This document shows, piece after piece, positions 1 to 10,093 of a stretch of 64,000 bases of DNA; the stretch's first letter is position 1; every line of letters starts with the position of its first letter. The notes under the pieces were generated by a model. It did not search any database. It was not told the DNA's origin and saw nothing but the letters and a program-made list of their open reading frames with translations. A program made the translations under genes and the position numbers. Origin of the DNA: an uncultured virus (IMG/VR IMGVR_UViG_2061766007_000135) (lineage: Duplodnaviria > Heunggongvirae > Uroviricota > Caudoviricetes); the IMG/VR virus record IMGVR_UViG_2061766007_000135. One strand, 5' to 3'.

Positions 1-71
1 CTATAATTATACTTTTACATTAACTGTAATATAACTATAGTTATAACTATAGCTATAACTATTTATATATA

Positions 72-362
72 TCATATCAATTTATACACATCCACTAAAA
101 TCTCATCAGCTTCATCCATTAATTCTCCAAATACTCCACAAATATCTCCTACATCAATCCAAATCTCATAAACACTAGCATCCCACTCTTTAGGTATTAC
201 TTTAAATACACCTTCAGGATTAACAATCTTATATACTGTCCCTGGATATTCTATCTCAAATACATCAACTAAAAAAATCCCAGTTATTTCCTCTTTAGTC
301 TTATAATTACGCATAGTTCCAACAACAAAATTACTCTTTTTATATCTATACTTATGTTTCAT
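72..362 (-). CDS. hypothetical phage protein
   Basis: 96-aa ORF, co-oriented and tightly packed with neighbours. Confidence 0.6.
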   Translation of the reverse strand: MKHKYRYKKSNFVVGTMRNYKTKEEITGIFLVDVFEIEYPGTVYKIVNPEGVFKVIPKEWDASVYEIWIDVGDICGVFGELMDEADEILVDVYKLI

Positions 363-367
363 CTTAT

Positions 368-673
368 TTAGTCCTTTCTAATAATCTTAATATGTTCATC
401 TTCATATACAACATTTTCTTCGTGATACCATTCATCAATAGTAACAGCTTTCTCTAAACGTGTAACCTCATCCGTCATCACATTTAACTGCGCAATTACT
501 TTTCCACCTTGTACCAAAATATTATCATCTATAATACACCAATACCAAGGATTCAGTTGGTCATACTTATCCTTGTGCTTAAAGTATGTATCTTTAGTAC
601 AATAATATACACCCTGGCCATAATAAAGACCAATAACATATTTATCTTTATAGTCAAATAAATCTTTATTCAT
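368..673 (-). CDS. hypothetical phage protein
   Basis: 101-aa ORF with purine-rich SD-like sequence upstream. Confidence 0.65.
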   Translation of the reverse strand: MNKDLFDYKDKYVIGLYYGQGVYYCTKDTYFKHKDKYDQLNPWYWCIIDDNILVQGGKVIAQLNVMTDEVTRLEKAVTIDEWYHEENVVYEDEHIKIIRKD

Positions 674-706
674 ATACTCTTTCCCTCATGGTCTATAAAT
701 ATTATA

Positions 707-946
707 TCACAATTTTTCCTTTGTGTCAACTGCTTCTACATACACCTTCAAGTGATCTCGTATCATATCTTTTACATCCTCCATTAATTCACCAAAACTA
801 CTATAAAAAACATGATAAACATTATAATCCGTGATCATCTTTTCCAAATTACGTTGAATAACATCTTGATCATTTAATTCAACCTTAACTCTAATATTAA
901 CCTTTCTACCTTTATCACTATGCGTTTTGAATTCATTTTTTACCAT
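707..946 (-). CDS. hypothetical phage protein
   Basis: 79-aa ORF, GAGG SD upstream on minus strand. Confidence 0.6.
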   Translation of the reverse strand: MVKNEFKTHSDKGRKVNIRVKVELNDQDVIQRNLEKMITDYNVYHVFYSSFGELMEDVKDMIRDHLKVYVEAVDTKEKL

Positions 947-1087
947 AAGTCCACATACCTCACAATTCCCTTCATTTTCAAACCAAAATACCCCTAGTTT
1001 CCACCCTAGGAGGGGTAATATCGACCGAAGGGAGATATTACCCCGACNNNNNNNNNNNNNNNNTTATATTTAGTATTATTTAGATAT

Positions 1088-1175
1088 TGGTAGATTTTTT
1101 ACCTAAAGTATGGTAGACTTTTTACCCAAGTATGGTAGATTTTTTACCTAGAAGTATGGTAGATTTTTTACCTAA
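1088..1175. repeat. four tandem ~22-24 bp iteron-like repeats (AGTATGGTAGAYTTTTTACCYAA)
   Basis: Direct repeats read in sequence; further copy at about 1821-1865. Confidence 0.85.
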
Positions 1176-1767
1176 TTTCGCTTTTTATATACTGATGAGA
1201 CCAATTTGTTAAACGATACCGTGGCGATTTCCCATCAAAGAAATTTTCAAATGAAATTAGTCCATTGTTCTACAATAAATCAAGTGCGTTATGTATCATT
1301 TGCCGCCCACGGGGATTGCCAGCAAGTTTCATACCGAGATGTTGCGCAATTTCTTCTTGCGTAAATACATACATTGGCTTATATTTCCAACGTTGACCCA
1401 AATAAATATACACTTTAATTACTGACTCTTTGATGGTATCTGTAATAAACTGAATAGTTTCCAATGGCAACAATAAATATATATCTTCAACATTAGGAAG
1501 CTCATAACTTTCACCATGATCAATAACATATCCAGTATCTAACAGATATTGAAGATGCGCTCTTAAAGTTTTCGCACTTTTAATTCCAATTTTTTCACAT
1601 ATTTTGGCTTGCGCTGGTAATTCATTCTTCATTACAATAGTAGCCCCATCAATAGGATAAGATAAAGATTGTAAATATGAATATAATTCAGCATCAATGC
1701 GTTGATCTTTCAAAAACGTTATCTCCTTTGTTAAATCAGTATCAGCAGGAAATCGCTTCTAAACCAA
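1168..1767 (-). CDS. winged-helix DNA-binding / replication-initiator-like protein (TAG-recoded, 199 aa)
   Basis: SD GAAAGGGGGTGAG then TTG-GTT-TAG. Reading TAG as sense extends ORF 1270-1713 at both ends (ALDLL[Q]NNGLISF...EIR-TAA). Two wHTH-like segments. Confidence 0.7.
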
Positions 1768-1820
1768 AGACTCACCCCCTTTCTATAACATAAGAAAGTT
1801 GGTAAGGTAATATTAACATT

Positions 1821-1865
1821 TTTTACCCAAGTATGGTAGATATTTTACCTAATTTTTTTACCTAA
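1821..1865. repeat. further iteron-like copy upstream of the wHTH gene
   Basis: TTTTACCCAAGTATGGTAGATATTTTACCTAA matches the repeats at 1088-1175. Confidence 0.75.
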
Positions 1866-1903
1866 TAAAATATGGGCCTGCGGCAAAGCAGACCCAAAGT
1901 GAC

Positions 1904-2113
1904 TTACGCTTCGCTATCCATTGCCTTCGGCGCGGTCGTCTTGCGCTCATCCAAGATCGCTTGCAAATCACGTTCAAACTTATTATTTACCGGGAAAATC
2001 CAACATAGAAAATCTGGCTTACTTGGGTTAGGAGTTGTGCCACTCGGAATATTACCCATTTCAATTAACTTCATCGCAATGCGGCGAGTGTAAATAATCT
2101 TATTAGTCATCAT
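1904..2113 (-). CDS. small hypothetical protein
   Basis: SD AAGGAG before ATG-ATG; KIIYTRRIAMKLIEMG..PNPSKP..WIF. Confidence 0.6.
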   Translation of the reverse strand: MMTNKIIYTRRIAMKLIEMGNIPSGTTPNPSKPDFLCWIFPVNNKFERDLQAILDERKTTAPKAMDSEA

Positions 2114-2481
2114 ATCTTTTGATCTCCTTTTTCTCTCATTTGAAAGTAGTTTTGTTCTTCTCACTTTCTAGATTTATTATACCAAAATTTTCTTTTGAAA
2201 TCAAGTTTTTTCGTGCCGAATCGTATTATTTACCATACGACGTCCTATCATACCCTCACTTGATTTTTATTCAATTTTTTGTTATAATAACAATAGAGAA
2301 TAGTGAAGGAGGCATTTTGAGTTATGTACCCCGAATGCGATAATTGTAAATTTTATGGAAACGAAGATACTTGCGAACAATGCCGCAAGCGCCGTAAAGT
2401 AATTCCGCATCGCGATTACGAAGATTACAATTATGGTGAATATGAATCTCCTGACGACTCTAAAAATGAAACAGAAAACTG

Positions 2482-3216
2482 GTGAGAATATTGGCTACAC
2501 TTACAACTTCAAGTACTAATACTACTATTTGTTCTCCTACTATAACTACTGATGCATACACACTTACAATTCCGGCTTATACACTATATAATAATGAAAC
2601 CTCTGCTACTAATTATCTCAATACCGTAAATACTATTTACGATATGGCGCAAGATGCTTTGAAAAAAATTGATGAAGTTGAAGGGAAGAAAACTCCAATG
2701 AATAAGTTTAAATTTGGTCCAATTACCGACGGATCTGTCGCGCAGTCTATTTACGGAATTGCCGTAAAAAATTCCGCAAATGAATGGGTAGTTTATGATG
2801 CTAAACAAGACGAAATTATCTCTGTTGATGGTATGATTTTTGAGACGAAAAATACTATCTTTACTATGCCGGTATCTATGAAAGATGTACAAATTGGTGA
2901 TGTAATTCTTCATCATTGCCATTATTGTTACGTGATGGATGGCGACGAAAAGATGCTTAATGTTATCGACATTAGTGATGGTAGTGTAAAAGATATTCTT
3001 CCATCAAAAAGTCCTTTTGGATTTAATTTTGTAACTAAGGTCACTTCACTTTTACCAATAGGTGAACCATCTGCGGACAGCCCCTTTGGAGATAATTTTG
3101 TACTATATGCAATGATGGCAAATGGCGGGCTAGATAAGAATATGTTGCCGCTCTTGCTTATGCAAAATAAGGATAAAATTGATCCAATGATACTTATGAT
3201 GTTATGCTCAAAATAA
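2482..3216 (+). CDS. hypothetical phage protein (start uncertain)
   Basis: 244-aa ORF followed by hairpin 3227-3258. Confidence 0.7.
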   Translation: MRILATLTTSSTNTTICSPTITTDAYTLTIPAYTLYNNETSATNYLNTVNTIYDMAQDALKKIDEVEGKKTPMNKFKFGPITDGSVAQSIYGIAVKNSANEWVVYDAKQDEIISVDGMIFETKNTIFTMPVSMKDVQIGDVILHHCHYCYVMDGDEKMLNVIDISDGSVKDILPSKSPFGFNFVTKVTSLLPIGEPSADSPFGDNFVLYAMMANGGLDKNMLPLLLMQNKDKIDPMILMMLCSK

Positions 3217-3306
3217 AGGTGCGCGAATGGAGCCTCCAAGTCAATTGGAGGCTCCATTGATTTTTCTCAAAATTTTTGATATTATATATATAAAGAAAGG
3301 GGCGAT

Positions 3307-3540
3307 ATGATGATTAAAGTTATTCGGCAGGCGCATCGTCGTGAATTTACGCGTTTCACTTGTAAGAATTGTCATTCTGTGCTGGAAGCTGACATTAAAA
3401 GCATTCAGCACGAAGAGCATTATCCCGACACTGAAGATTTTATCACTTGTCCTGTATGTGCTCATCATATTGCAGTAACCATCAATGATTGGCCCTGGGA
3501 AATTGCTGAGTATGGCTGGAAACCCGAAGATTGGCACTAA
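3307..3540 (+). CDS. small zinc-ribbon protein
   Basis: CxxC...CxxC; promoter and SD upstream. Confidence 0.7.
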   Translation: MMIKVIRQAHRREFTRFTCKNCHSVLEADIKSIQHEEHYPDTEDFITCPVCAHHIAVTINDWPWEIAEYGWKPEDWH

Positions 3541-3557
3541 TCGAACCTCTCAGTCAT

Positions 3558-3604
3558 TTGAAAATTCAAAAAAAATTTGATATAATATTCTCGTAAGGTT
3601 GAGA
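3558..3604 (+). promoter_or_regulatory. representative of repeated sigmaA-type early promoter TTGAAA-N16/17-TATAAT, often followed by ATTCTTRYAAGGTTGAG
   Basis: Near-identical copies begin at 3558, 3914, 4480, 4956, 5589, 6824, 13509, 13833, 15192, 18182, 18466, 18648, 19537, 23574, 23715, 28747, 31867, 32134, 40473; TTGACT/TTGATT variants elsewhere. Confidence 0.9.
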
Positions 3605-3619
3605 AAGGAAGGAACCGTA

Positions 3620-3889
3620 ATGCAGAAGTATGAAATTGATGCTGAAGCCCTCTATCACGATCTGCGAGATTTTTATGGCACTGGTAAGACTTCGCTACCA
3701 GCTCAGTGGTTGGATGCGGCGCTCGGTGAACTTGACACAGCTTATGTTAATGAAGATTATGACAAGATTATCGAGATGGCTCTTGACGAAAATTTCGATA
3801 TGACCAAGTACTACGTTGACACCTCCTTCGAAGAGGATGAATTTGAACCTGGCCGCATCTATTGGGATCAGATGGCTGCGAACCCCTGA
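3620..3889 (+). CDS. acidic hypothetical protein
   Basis: SD AAGGAAGG, follows early promoter. Confidence 0.7.
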   Translation: MQKYEIDAEALYHDLRDFYGTGKTSLPAQWLDAALGELDTAYVNEDYDKIIEMALDENFDMTKYYVDTSFEEDEFEPGRIYWDQMAANP

Positions 3890-4007
3890 AAACCTACCGA
3901 AACCAATAGCGACTTGAAAATTCAAAAAAAATTTGATATAATATTCTTGTAAGGTTGAGAGAGAAAGAATGAAGAGGCCCCCAAGAGGGCAGAAAGAGAG
4001 TGATCTT

Positions 4008-4376
4008 ATGACCCAGAAGATGACCAAAAAGGCTGCTTTCGTTATCGCTCAGAACGCTCTGGAAAGCATCGAGACTGAGGAAGCCCGTCAGGCTTGGGAT
4101 GTAATCCAGAAGGAAATCGAGCGCCTGGAGCGCACCGCTCTGAAGGCGAAGACCACCGAGACCAAGGCCGATAAGGCCAAAGCCGAATTCCGGCAGACCG
4201 TGCTGGAGCTGGTTGCGGACAATGGCAACGCGATGCGTGCCGGCGATGTCGCTCAGGCTCTGGAAGTAAGTGTCCAGAAGGCAGCTGCTGCGCTGAATGC
4301 GCTGGTTGCCGAAGGTGCCCTGCGTAAGGTGGATGGCGAAAAGCGCACCGTGCTTTTCGCTACCATCGAGGGCTAA
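4008..4376 (+). CDS. winged-helix DNA-binding protein, paralog 1
   Basis: MRAGDVAQALEVSVQKAAAALNALVAEG HTH; own promoter. Confidence 0.8.
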   Translation: MTQKMTKKAAFVIAQNALESIETEEARQAWDVIQKEIERLERTALKAKTTETKADKAKAEFRQTVLELVADNGNAMRAGDVAQALEVSVQKAAAALNALVAEGALRKVDGEKRTVLFATIEG

Positions 4377-4562
4377 AACTCGTATGGCTGGTGGCGAAAA
4401 CTGACTCGCCTTAATTGCTGCTTAAGCGCTCAGTAGAGCCAGCCAAATCAACGAAAAACATAAGAAACGCACGAGTCACTTGAAAATTCAAAAAAATTTG
4501 ATATAATATATATGAACGATGAGGGAAGGAAAACCCTTAAACACCAGAAAGGAATTGATAAT

Positions 4563-4925
4563 ATGACTAATAAGCTGACTTACAACGATGCTCTGGCGAC
4601 TGTCCTGATGGCTGATAATCTCTCTGATGAAGTACGCGCCAAGCTGGTTGCGCTGCAGGAGCAGGTGAATAAGCGCAATAAGGCGGGCGTCACCAAGCCT
4701 ACCAAGAAGCAGGTTGAAAATGAGCAGATCAAGACCACTATGATCGACGTGCTGGCTGTGCACGATGGTCCGGTTCAGGCTAAGGTCATTGCGGCTGATA
4801 TGGCCCTGTCTGTCCAGAAGACTTCTGCTCTGCTGAAGCAGCTAGTGGCTGAAGGTGCCGTGATCAAGACCGAAGGTCCGCACAAGACTTCTCTGTTCGC
4901 GCTGGTTGAAGGTGATGCGGTGTAA
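4563..4925 (+). CDS. winged-helix DNA-binding protein, paralog 2
   Basis: VQAKVIAADMALSVQKTSALLKQLVAEG. Confidence 0.8.
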   Translation: MTNKLTYNDALATVLMADNLSDEVRAKLVALQEQVNKRNKAGVTKPTKKQVENEQIKTTMIDVLAVHDGPVQAKVIAADMALSVQKTSALLKQLVAEGAVIKTEGPHKTSLFALVEGDAV

Positions 4926-5063
4926 ACCGCATCACCGAGGAACACCGAAAGTGACTTGAAAATTCAAAAAAAATTTGATATAATATTCTTACAAGGTTGA
5001 GGGAGAAAGAAATCCCCTACCAAACATATGACGCGCCAAGAGCGCAGAAAGAGAGTGATCAAA

Positions 5064-5411
5064 ATGACTGAAAAGATGACTTACGCTAAGGCTCTGGAGA
5101 CTGTGCTGGGTTCCGTTGAGATGTCCGCTGAGGTTCGTGAGAAGCTGGAGGCTCTGAAGGCCCAGACTGAGAAGCGCTCTACCTCTACCAAGCCGACCAA
5201 GGCTCAGCGCGAGACTGCTGAGTTCACCGAGTCCGTGTTTGCGGCTCTGACCTCTGAGCCGGTGCGTTGCGGTGAACTGGCTACCAAGCTGGGTGTGTCT
5301 GGCCAGAAGGTTTCCGCGGCTCTGACCAAGCTGGTGAAGGCTGGCCGTGTGGTTAAGTCCGAAGGCGAGAAGCACGCTGCTCTGTTCGCTGTCAAAGCTG
5401 AAGTAGAGTAA
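5064..5411 (+). CDS. winged-helix DNA-binding protein, paralog 3
   Basis: VRCGELATKLGVSGQKVSAALTKLVKAG. Confidence 0.8.
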   Translation: MTEKMTYAKALETVLGSVEMSAEVREKLEALKAQTEKRSTSTKPTKAQRETAEFTESVFAALTSEPVRCGELATKLGVSGQKVSAALTKLVKAGRVVKSEGEKHAALFAVKAEVE

Positions 5412-5422
5412 CCATAAGCCCT

Positions 5423-5520
5423 CTTGGGCTTATGTGGGCAAGCCGGATGCATATCCTGCCTAGTAGCGGGAGCAAAGTTAAACTGGGGTTCGACTCCTTA
5501 GATGCCCACATAAGCCCAAG
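5423..5520 (+). ncRNA. tRNA-like element closed by an 18-bp perfect inverted repeat
   Basis: CTTGGGCTTATGTGGGCA...TGCCCACATAAGCCCAAG, internal T-loop GGTTCGACTCC, no CCA. Confidence 0.5.
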
Positions 5521-5537
5521 GCTCCTTTTTGTTGATA

Positions 5538-5570
5538 CCGTCCGGTTCCCGCGTGCCGGACGGACTTTTT
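5538..5570 (+). terminator. intrinsic terminator
   Basis: CCGTCCGG/CCGGACGG hairpin followed by T tract. Confidence 0.7.
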
Positions 5571-5651
5571 AGTTATTATGAAGTTCATTTGAAAATTTCA
5601 AAAAAATTTGATATAATATATATAGAAAATGAGGGAAGGAAAGTGATTTAG

Positions 5652-6515
5652 ATGGCAGTCGCTAAGTCTTATGAAAAGTTTGAGCAGGTTGGTCAGCCCT
5701 TTGAACGTGACGGAAAAATGTATGTGATCGTTCGTGGCGCCTGTCCGCGTTGCGGTGGATCTGGTCACTATTCCTATAATCAAATGGATGGCACTCGTTG
5801 CTATGGTTGTATGGGTAGCGGTATTACCAAGCAGACTGTGCGTTGGTATACCGAGTCTCAGCGTGCGGCTCTGGATCGTGCGGCTGAACGTCGTGCGGAA
5901 CAGGCCAAAATTAAGAAGGAACAGCGTCGCATTAAGTTTGCGGCTCGTAATGCTTTTGGTTTTGGCGAAGCGGGCTATATCACCCTGTATCGCGGCGATC
6001 TTGAGAAGATTACTGAGTTCTTTAAGAGCTTTGTAATTGATGAAGCCGGCCATCGTGCTGCGTGGTTTAATACCATTTTTAATTGGTATACTCCTTCTAC
6101 GATTACCTTTGATAAGCCTCTGCCCGAAGGCGTCGAACCCATTCGTTTGGATTGGGACACTGTTCGCGATCCTGAAGATGAAGAAAATCTGTCGATTCGT
6201 GACGATGCTTATCTGACCGAGTATATTACTAAGCTGCTGGCTGTGCCGTCCAAGAGTGAATATCAGGGCACTATTGGCGGTTGGTTGGAGCTGGATGTCA
6301 AAGTGGTCAAGCGTTTGGATTTCGATGGCCGCTATGGGGTGTCTCATATGCACATTCTGCAGGACTCTGCCGAGAATGTTTATGTGTGGACCACTGGCTC
6401 TAAGAGTCTTGACCCTGACACTACCCATCATATCAAGATGAAGGTCAAAGAGCATAAAGAATATAAGGGTGTCAAGCAGACCGTTGTTTGGTACTGTAAA
6501 GTAAAGGAGGAGTAA
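5652..6515 (+). CDS. protein with DnaJ-type CxxCxGxG zinc finger and probable C-terminal OB fold
   Basis: CPRCGGSG...CYGCMGSG; YVWTT...KVKEHKEYKGVKQT. Confidence 0.7.
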   Translation: MAVAKSYEKFEQVGQPFERDGKMYVIVRGACPRCGGSGHYSYNQMDGTRCYGCMGSGITKQTVRWYTESQRAALDRAAERRAEQAKIKKEQRRIKFAARNAFGFGEAGYITLYRGDLEKITEFFKSFVIDEAGHRAAWFNTIFNWYTPSTITFDKPLPEGVEPIRLDWDTVRDPEDEENLSIRDDAYLTEYITKLLAVPSKSEYQGTIGGWLELDVKVVKRLDFDGRYGVSHMHILQDSAENVYVWTTGSKSLDPDTTHHIKMKVKEHKEYKGVKQTVVWYCKVKEE

Positions 6516-6516
6516 T

Positions 6517-6810
6517 ATGTATACCGCAACCCAAGCGCGCAATATCGCTAATGAACGGTATCATCACAAGTATTATAATTATTATCGGTGGTTTGTTTCT
6601 ACAATCAATTATGGTATTCGGCGGGCCGTTAAACGCGGTTTGCTGCGTTATCAGTTTTATGCCCCAGATGCCAAACATCTTACGATGAGTGTTCTGCGGC
6701 AGATTGCAGACGAGTTTACTGAATATAATTATCGTACCGAAGTAATGATTGATGCTCGTGAAAATGGTAAGCATAAGCGTGGACTATTGACAATCTCGTG
6801 GGCTGAGTGA
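6517..6810 (+). CDS. hypothetical protein
   Basis: SD AGGAGG. Confidence 0.7.
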   Translation: MYTATQARNIANERYHHKYYNYYRWFVSTINYGIRRAVKRGLLRYQFYAPDAKHLTMSVLRQIADEFTEYNYRTEVMIDARENGKHKRGLLTISWAE

Positions 6811-6879
6811 ACATACAAGTCACTTGAAAATTTAAAAAAAATATGATATTATATATTCAGAAAGTGAGGGGATTGCTAA

Positions 6880-8634
6880 ATGACTGATTTCCGTTTGTTT
6901 GATGAGTATCGTCGTGAGAATACCACTATCAATGGTCGCAATGCTTCTTATTGTGATGTGGATTATCTGCTTCGTTTCTGGCGGGAAGCTAAGAATGAAT
7001 ATCTGATGCCGCTGTTCCCTGACTCTTTGATTATGGAACGGCCTATTGAATATACCCGCAATGACGATGAACTTGAGCGCGATATGGATCAAATGATTCA
7101 GGAGCAGCGCCCTCTGATCAATCAGCTTATGGAAGCCCTATTTTCTAAAACTCATGTGGATGATAGTCATTATACTCATGATCATTCGGATAAGGCTGCT
7201 TTGGTGCGGTATTTGTGTGCTATGCTGCAGCGTCCTAATGGTCTGGTAGAAAATGCGCTGGATCTGGATGATGTGCGGTATTATACTTATCATTGGGGCT
7301 ATGATTCTTCTGAGCCTTTTGGAAAGAATATTGAACTGGTTCCTGGTAAGATGATTAATCTTACCAATGGTCAGAAGATTACCCGTCTGTGGGGCCAGGT
7401 GGCCAAGATGCTTGATATATCTGATTTGTGGGAGCGTTTTCGTATTGCACATTCTCAGTGTCTGAATCAGAAAAAGCTGAAGGGTACTCTGTGTCTGTCT
7501 ATCCATCCTCTCGATTATGCTACCGCTTCTGACAATGACAATGGCTGGTCTAGCTGTATGTCTTGGCGTGAAGAGGGTTGCTATCGTATGGGCACTGTCG
7601 AAATGATGAATAGCCCTATGGTTATCTGTGCCTATGTCAAGAGTGATAAGCAGTATCTGACTATTGGCAATGCCAAGTGGAACTCTAAGAAGTGGCGCGC
7701 CTGGATTCTTGTGGATAAGAATGCTATTCTGTGTAATCGTCACTATCCTTATCATCAGGAAGAGTTCGCTAAGCAGGCTATCCAGTGGGTGCGCGATCTG
7801 GTTGGAGAAAAATATAATTGGCAGTATGAAGATATTTATACTGATTTCTACCAGCATATGGAAGATGTCGAACGCGAAATCCGCTATGAAACTACCTATA
7901 TGTATAACGATCTTGGCGGCAGTGATGTTATTGGTTGTTTGAGTATCAAAAATCACGCGCCTCGTTATATCAACTTCAGTGGCCCCGCTGAGTGTATGGT
8001 GTGCGGTGAAGAGTTCGGTAGTGGCGGCGAAGCTGATCGACTTGAATGTCAGGCTTGTAGCTCTGATTATATTTGTGAAGAATGTGGCTGCGCTTTGACC
8101 GAAGATGAAGTTTCTTTTGGTCCTAACGGTGAGCCTCTGTGCTCAGATTGTTTTGCAGATGAATGCGCAATTTGTGCACATTGCGATGATACTATATACC
8201 GTGATAATGCCAAGACATTGGTATTCCCTGTAAATTCTGATCTTGCCGCGCGGGATTTGAAGTCTTCACCTTATATGTCTAAGCGCCTTACTTCCTTCTG
8301 GGGACGTACTCATATTCCTCTTACCTATGGTGATGATCAGGTAGTTTGTGAGCATTGTTTGCATAAATTTGGCGCATTGGAAATTGCAGCAGATGCTCCG
8401 GTTTATGGTCAGAATCGTGAGCACCGTACCGAGGTGCTTGTACCGAATCCTGAGAAGGCTTCGATGGAAGAGGTCTTTAATCTGACTAATCCTGAAGGCT
8501 GGGCCTGGGCTACTAGTGGCTATGCTCAGAGTTGTCGTACTGAGGAGGCTAAGGAAGTAATTAAATTCTGGACTGCTCAGTGGGAATCTTTCGTTGCGAC
8601 AATGAAAGATATGAAGTATACGACTATTTGCTAA
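6880..8634 (+). CDS. phage protein with LSIHPLDY motif and C-terminal multi-CxxC zinc fingers
   Basis: 584-aa ORF; paralogous to 11118-12299. Confidence 0.8.
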   Translation: MTDFRLFDEYRRENTTINGRNASYCDVDYLLRFWREAKNEYLMPLFPDSLIMERPIEYTRNDDELERDMDQMIQEQRPLINQLMEALFSKTHVDDSHYTHDHSDKAALVRYLCAMLQRPNGLVENALDLDDVRYYTYHWGYDSSEPFGKNIELVPGKMINLTNGQKITRLWGQVAKMLDISDLWERFRIAHSQCLNQKKLKGTLCLSIHPLDYATASDNDNGWSSCMSWREEGCYRMGTVEMMNSPMVICAYVKSDKQYLTIGNAKWNSKKWRAWILVDKNAILCNRHYPYHQEEFAKQAIQWVRDLVGEKYNWQYEDIYTDFYQHMEDVEREIRYETTYMYNDLGGSDVIGCLSIKNHAPRYINFSGPAECMVCGEEFGSGGEADRLECQACSSDYICEECGCALTEDEVSFGPNGEPLCSDCFADECAICAHCDDTIYRDNAKTLVFPVNSDLAARDLKSSPYMSKRLTSFWGRTHIPLTYGDDQVVCEHCLHKFGALEIAADAPVYGQNREHRTEVLVPNPEKASMEEVFNLTNPEGWAWATSGYAQSCRTEEAKEVIKFWTAQWESFVATMKDMKYTTIC

Positions 8635-8690
8635 ACATAAAAAAAAATGATATAATATCCTTGTAAGTTAAACAAGAAAGGAAAATAGTT

Positions 8691-9110
8691 ATGGATAATA
8701 ATATTAAGATTACTAAGCGAGATAATTACAATACTTTGCGGACATTGGTGACAGATAGCAATCTGCCGACTGATACTTGTGAACGTCTTACCAAGTTCAT
8801 CGACCACGAAATTGATTTGCTGACTGCACGTGCGGCCAAGAGCCAGAAGTATCAGCAGGAGCATCGCATTAATCAGGATGATCCTATGACCAAGGCCATT
8901 CAGACTGCATTGGCGGCATCTGCAGAGCCTATGAGCGTATCTGATTTGGTGAAATGTATTGATGGTAGTACCAATCAGAAACTGGTTTATCGTCTTGGCA
9001 AGCTCTTTAAGAATGGTTATATTGCAAAGGAAACCAAGACAGTTAAATTTGAAGATGGTCGAGATTGTCGTATGACTTTCTATACGCCGGTAAATCCTGC
9101 GAATTGTTAA
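8691..9110 (+). CDS. winged-helix DNA-binding protein, distant paralog of the 4008-5411 trio
   Basis: KITKRDNY...PMSVSDLVKCI..NQKLVYRLGKLFKNG. Confidence 0.7.
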   Translation: MDNNIKITKRDNYNTLRTLVTDSNLPTDTCERLTKFIDHEIDLLTARAAKSQKYQQEHRINQDDPMTKAIQTALAASAEPMSVSDLVKCIDGSTNQKLVYRLGKLFKNGYIAKETKTVKFEDGRDCRMTFYTPVNPANC

Positions 9111-9175
9111 TATAGATAATATAACATACCCCGGCCTCACTTATCGAGACCGGGGTATTTGGAGTGATAAAAAAA

Positions 9176-10030
9176 ATGAAATGGTGTATATCTTATAGAG
9201 CTAATTAGGAAATTTAGCAAGAGGTAGACGAGATTCGTTTTTCTGATTTGAATCATATCCTTGATATACGTGAACAATCTTGGTTTGCGGAAAAACGAAT
9301 CATTTTAGAAATCCTTGATATAAATCGCACAACGTTAAATGGATAGCCATTAACTTATGATATGTTAAAAACATTATTAATTGGAATGGATAATCTATAT
9401 CTGGACTTTTATACTTTGTAGAGCCTAGAAGAATTTTTTGATACTACAAATAACGAATACAATACTCGTTGTATGTATCATAATCCAGTAGATAATTATA
9501 ATCTATTAAATTTTTTATTGAATTATAATGTTTCTGATATAACTTTAATGGAACCATTAGCGTTTGATATGAAGAATGTTTCACACTATATTAGATATGA
9601 TAATCCTAATTGTCGCATTCGAATTAGACCTTATATAGGTAGAACCTGGCCAGCCCCTATCACAGATGATATGTGTCACTTTTGGGTATTGCCGCAACAC
9701 CTTTATTTATATGAAGATTATGTTGATGTAATTGATATTTTGGCTGATGATATAGTGCGAGAAGAAACATTATATAAAATTTATAGATCTAAAAAATATG
9801 AACTATTATTGTCAGCTTTAATAGAATATTTTATTGCTGACACGCCTATTAATGCATTATGGATTGATGATGCTTTAGCTGCACATCGTGTAAATTGTAG
9901 GCAAATTTGTTAGTCCACGAAACCTTGTCGTTGTCATTTATGTGCTTTAGAATCTCAAATTTTATAGCATATGCCTCGTATGAAATATATGCTCAAACAT
10001 CCTGAGCTTTCACCCCAAAGTCAATCGTAA
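9176..10030 (+). CDS. TAG-recoded protein (284 aa) with Cys-rich C-terminus
   Basis: Six in-frame TAG and no TAA/TGA between ATG 9176 and TAA 10030; CRQIC[Q]STKPCRCHLC. Confidence 0.75.
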
Positions 10031-10093
10031 GTCGATTGACTTTTTTATAAAAAAATGATATAATATTCGTAGAAAAATGAAAGGAGATAGCGT

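Noticed and set aside
4384..4446. Pistol ribozyme or SAM-II-like pseudoknot
   Set aside because: Pairings exist (TGGCTGG/CCAGCCA, GGCGA/TCGCC, ACTGA/TCAGT) but the conserved catalytic or ligand-binding nucleotides do not match
5598..9140. Long minus-strand ORFs (5598-6542, 7138-7956, 8631-9140)
   Set aside because: Antisense shadows of well-supported plus-strand genes
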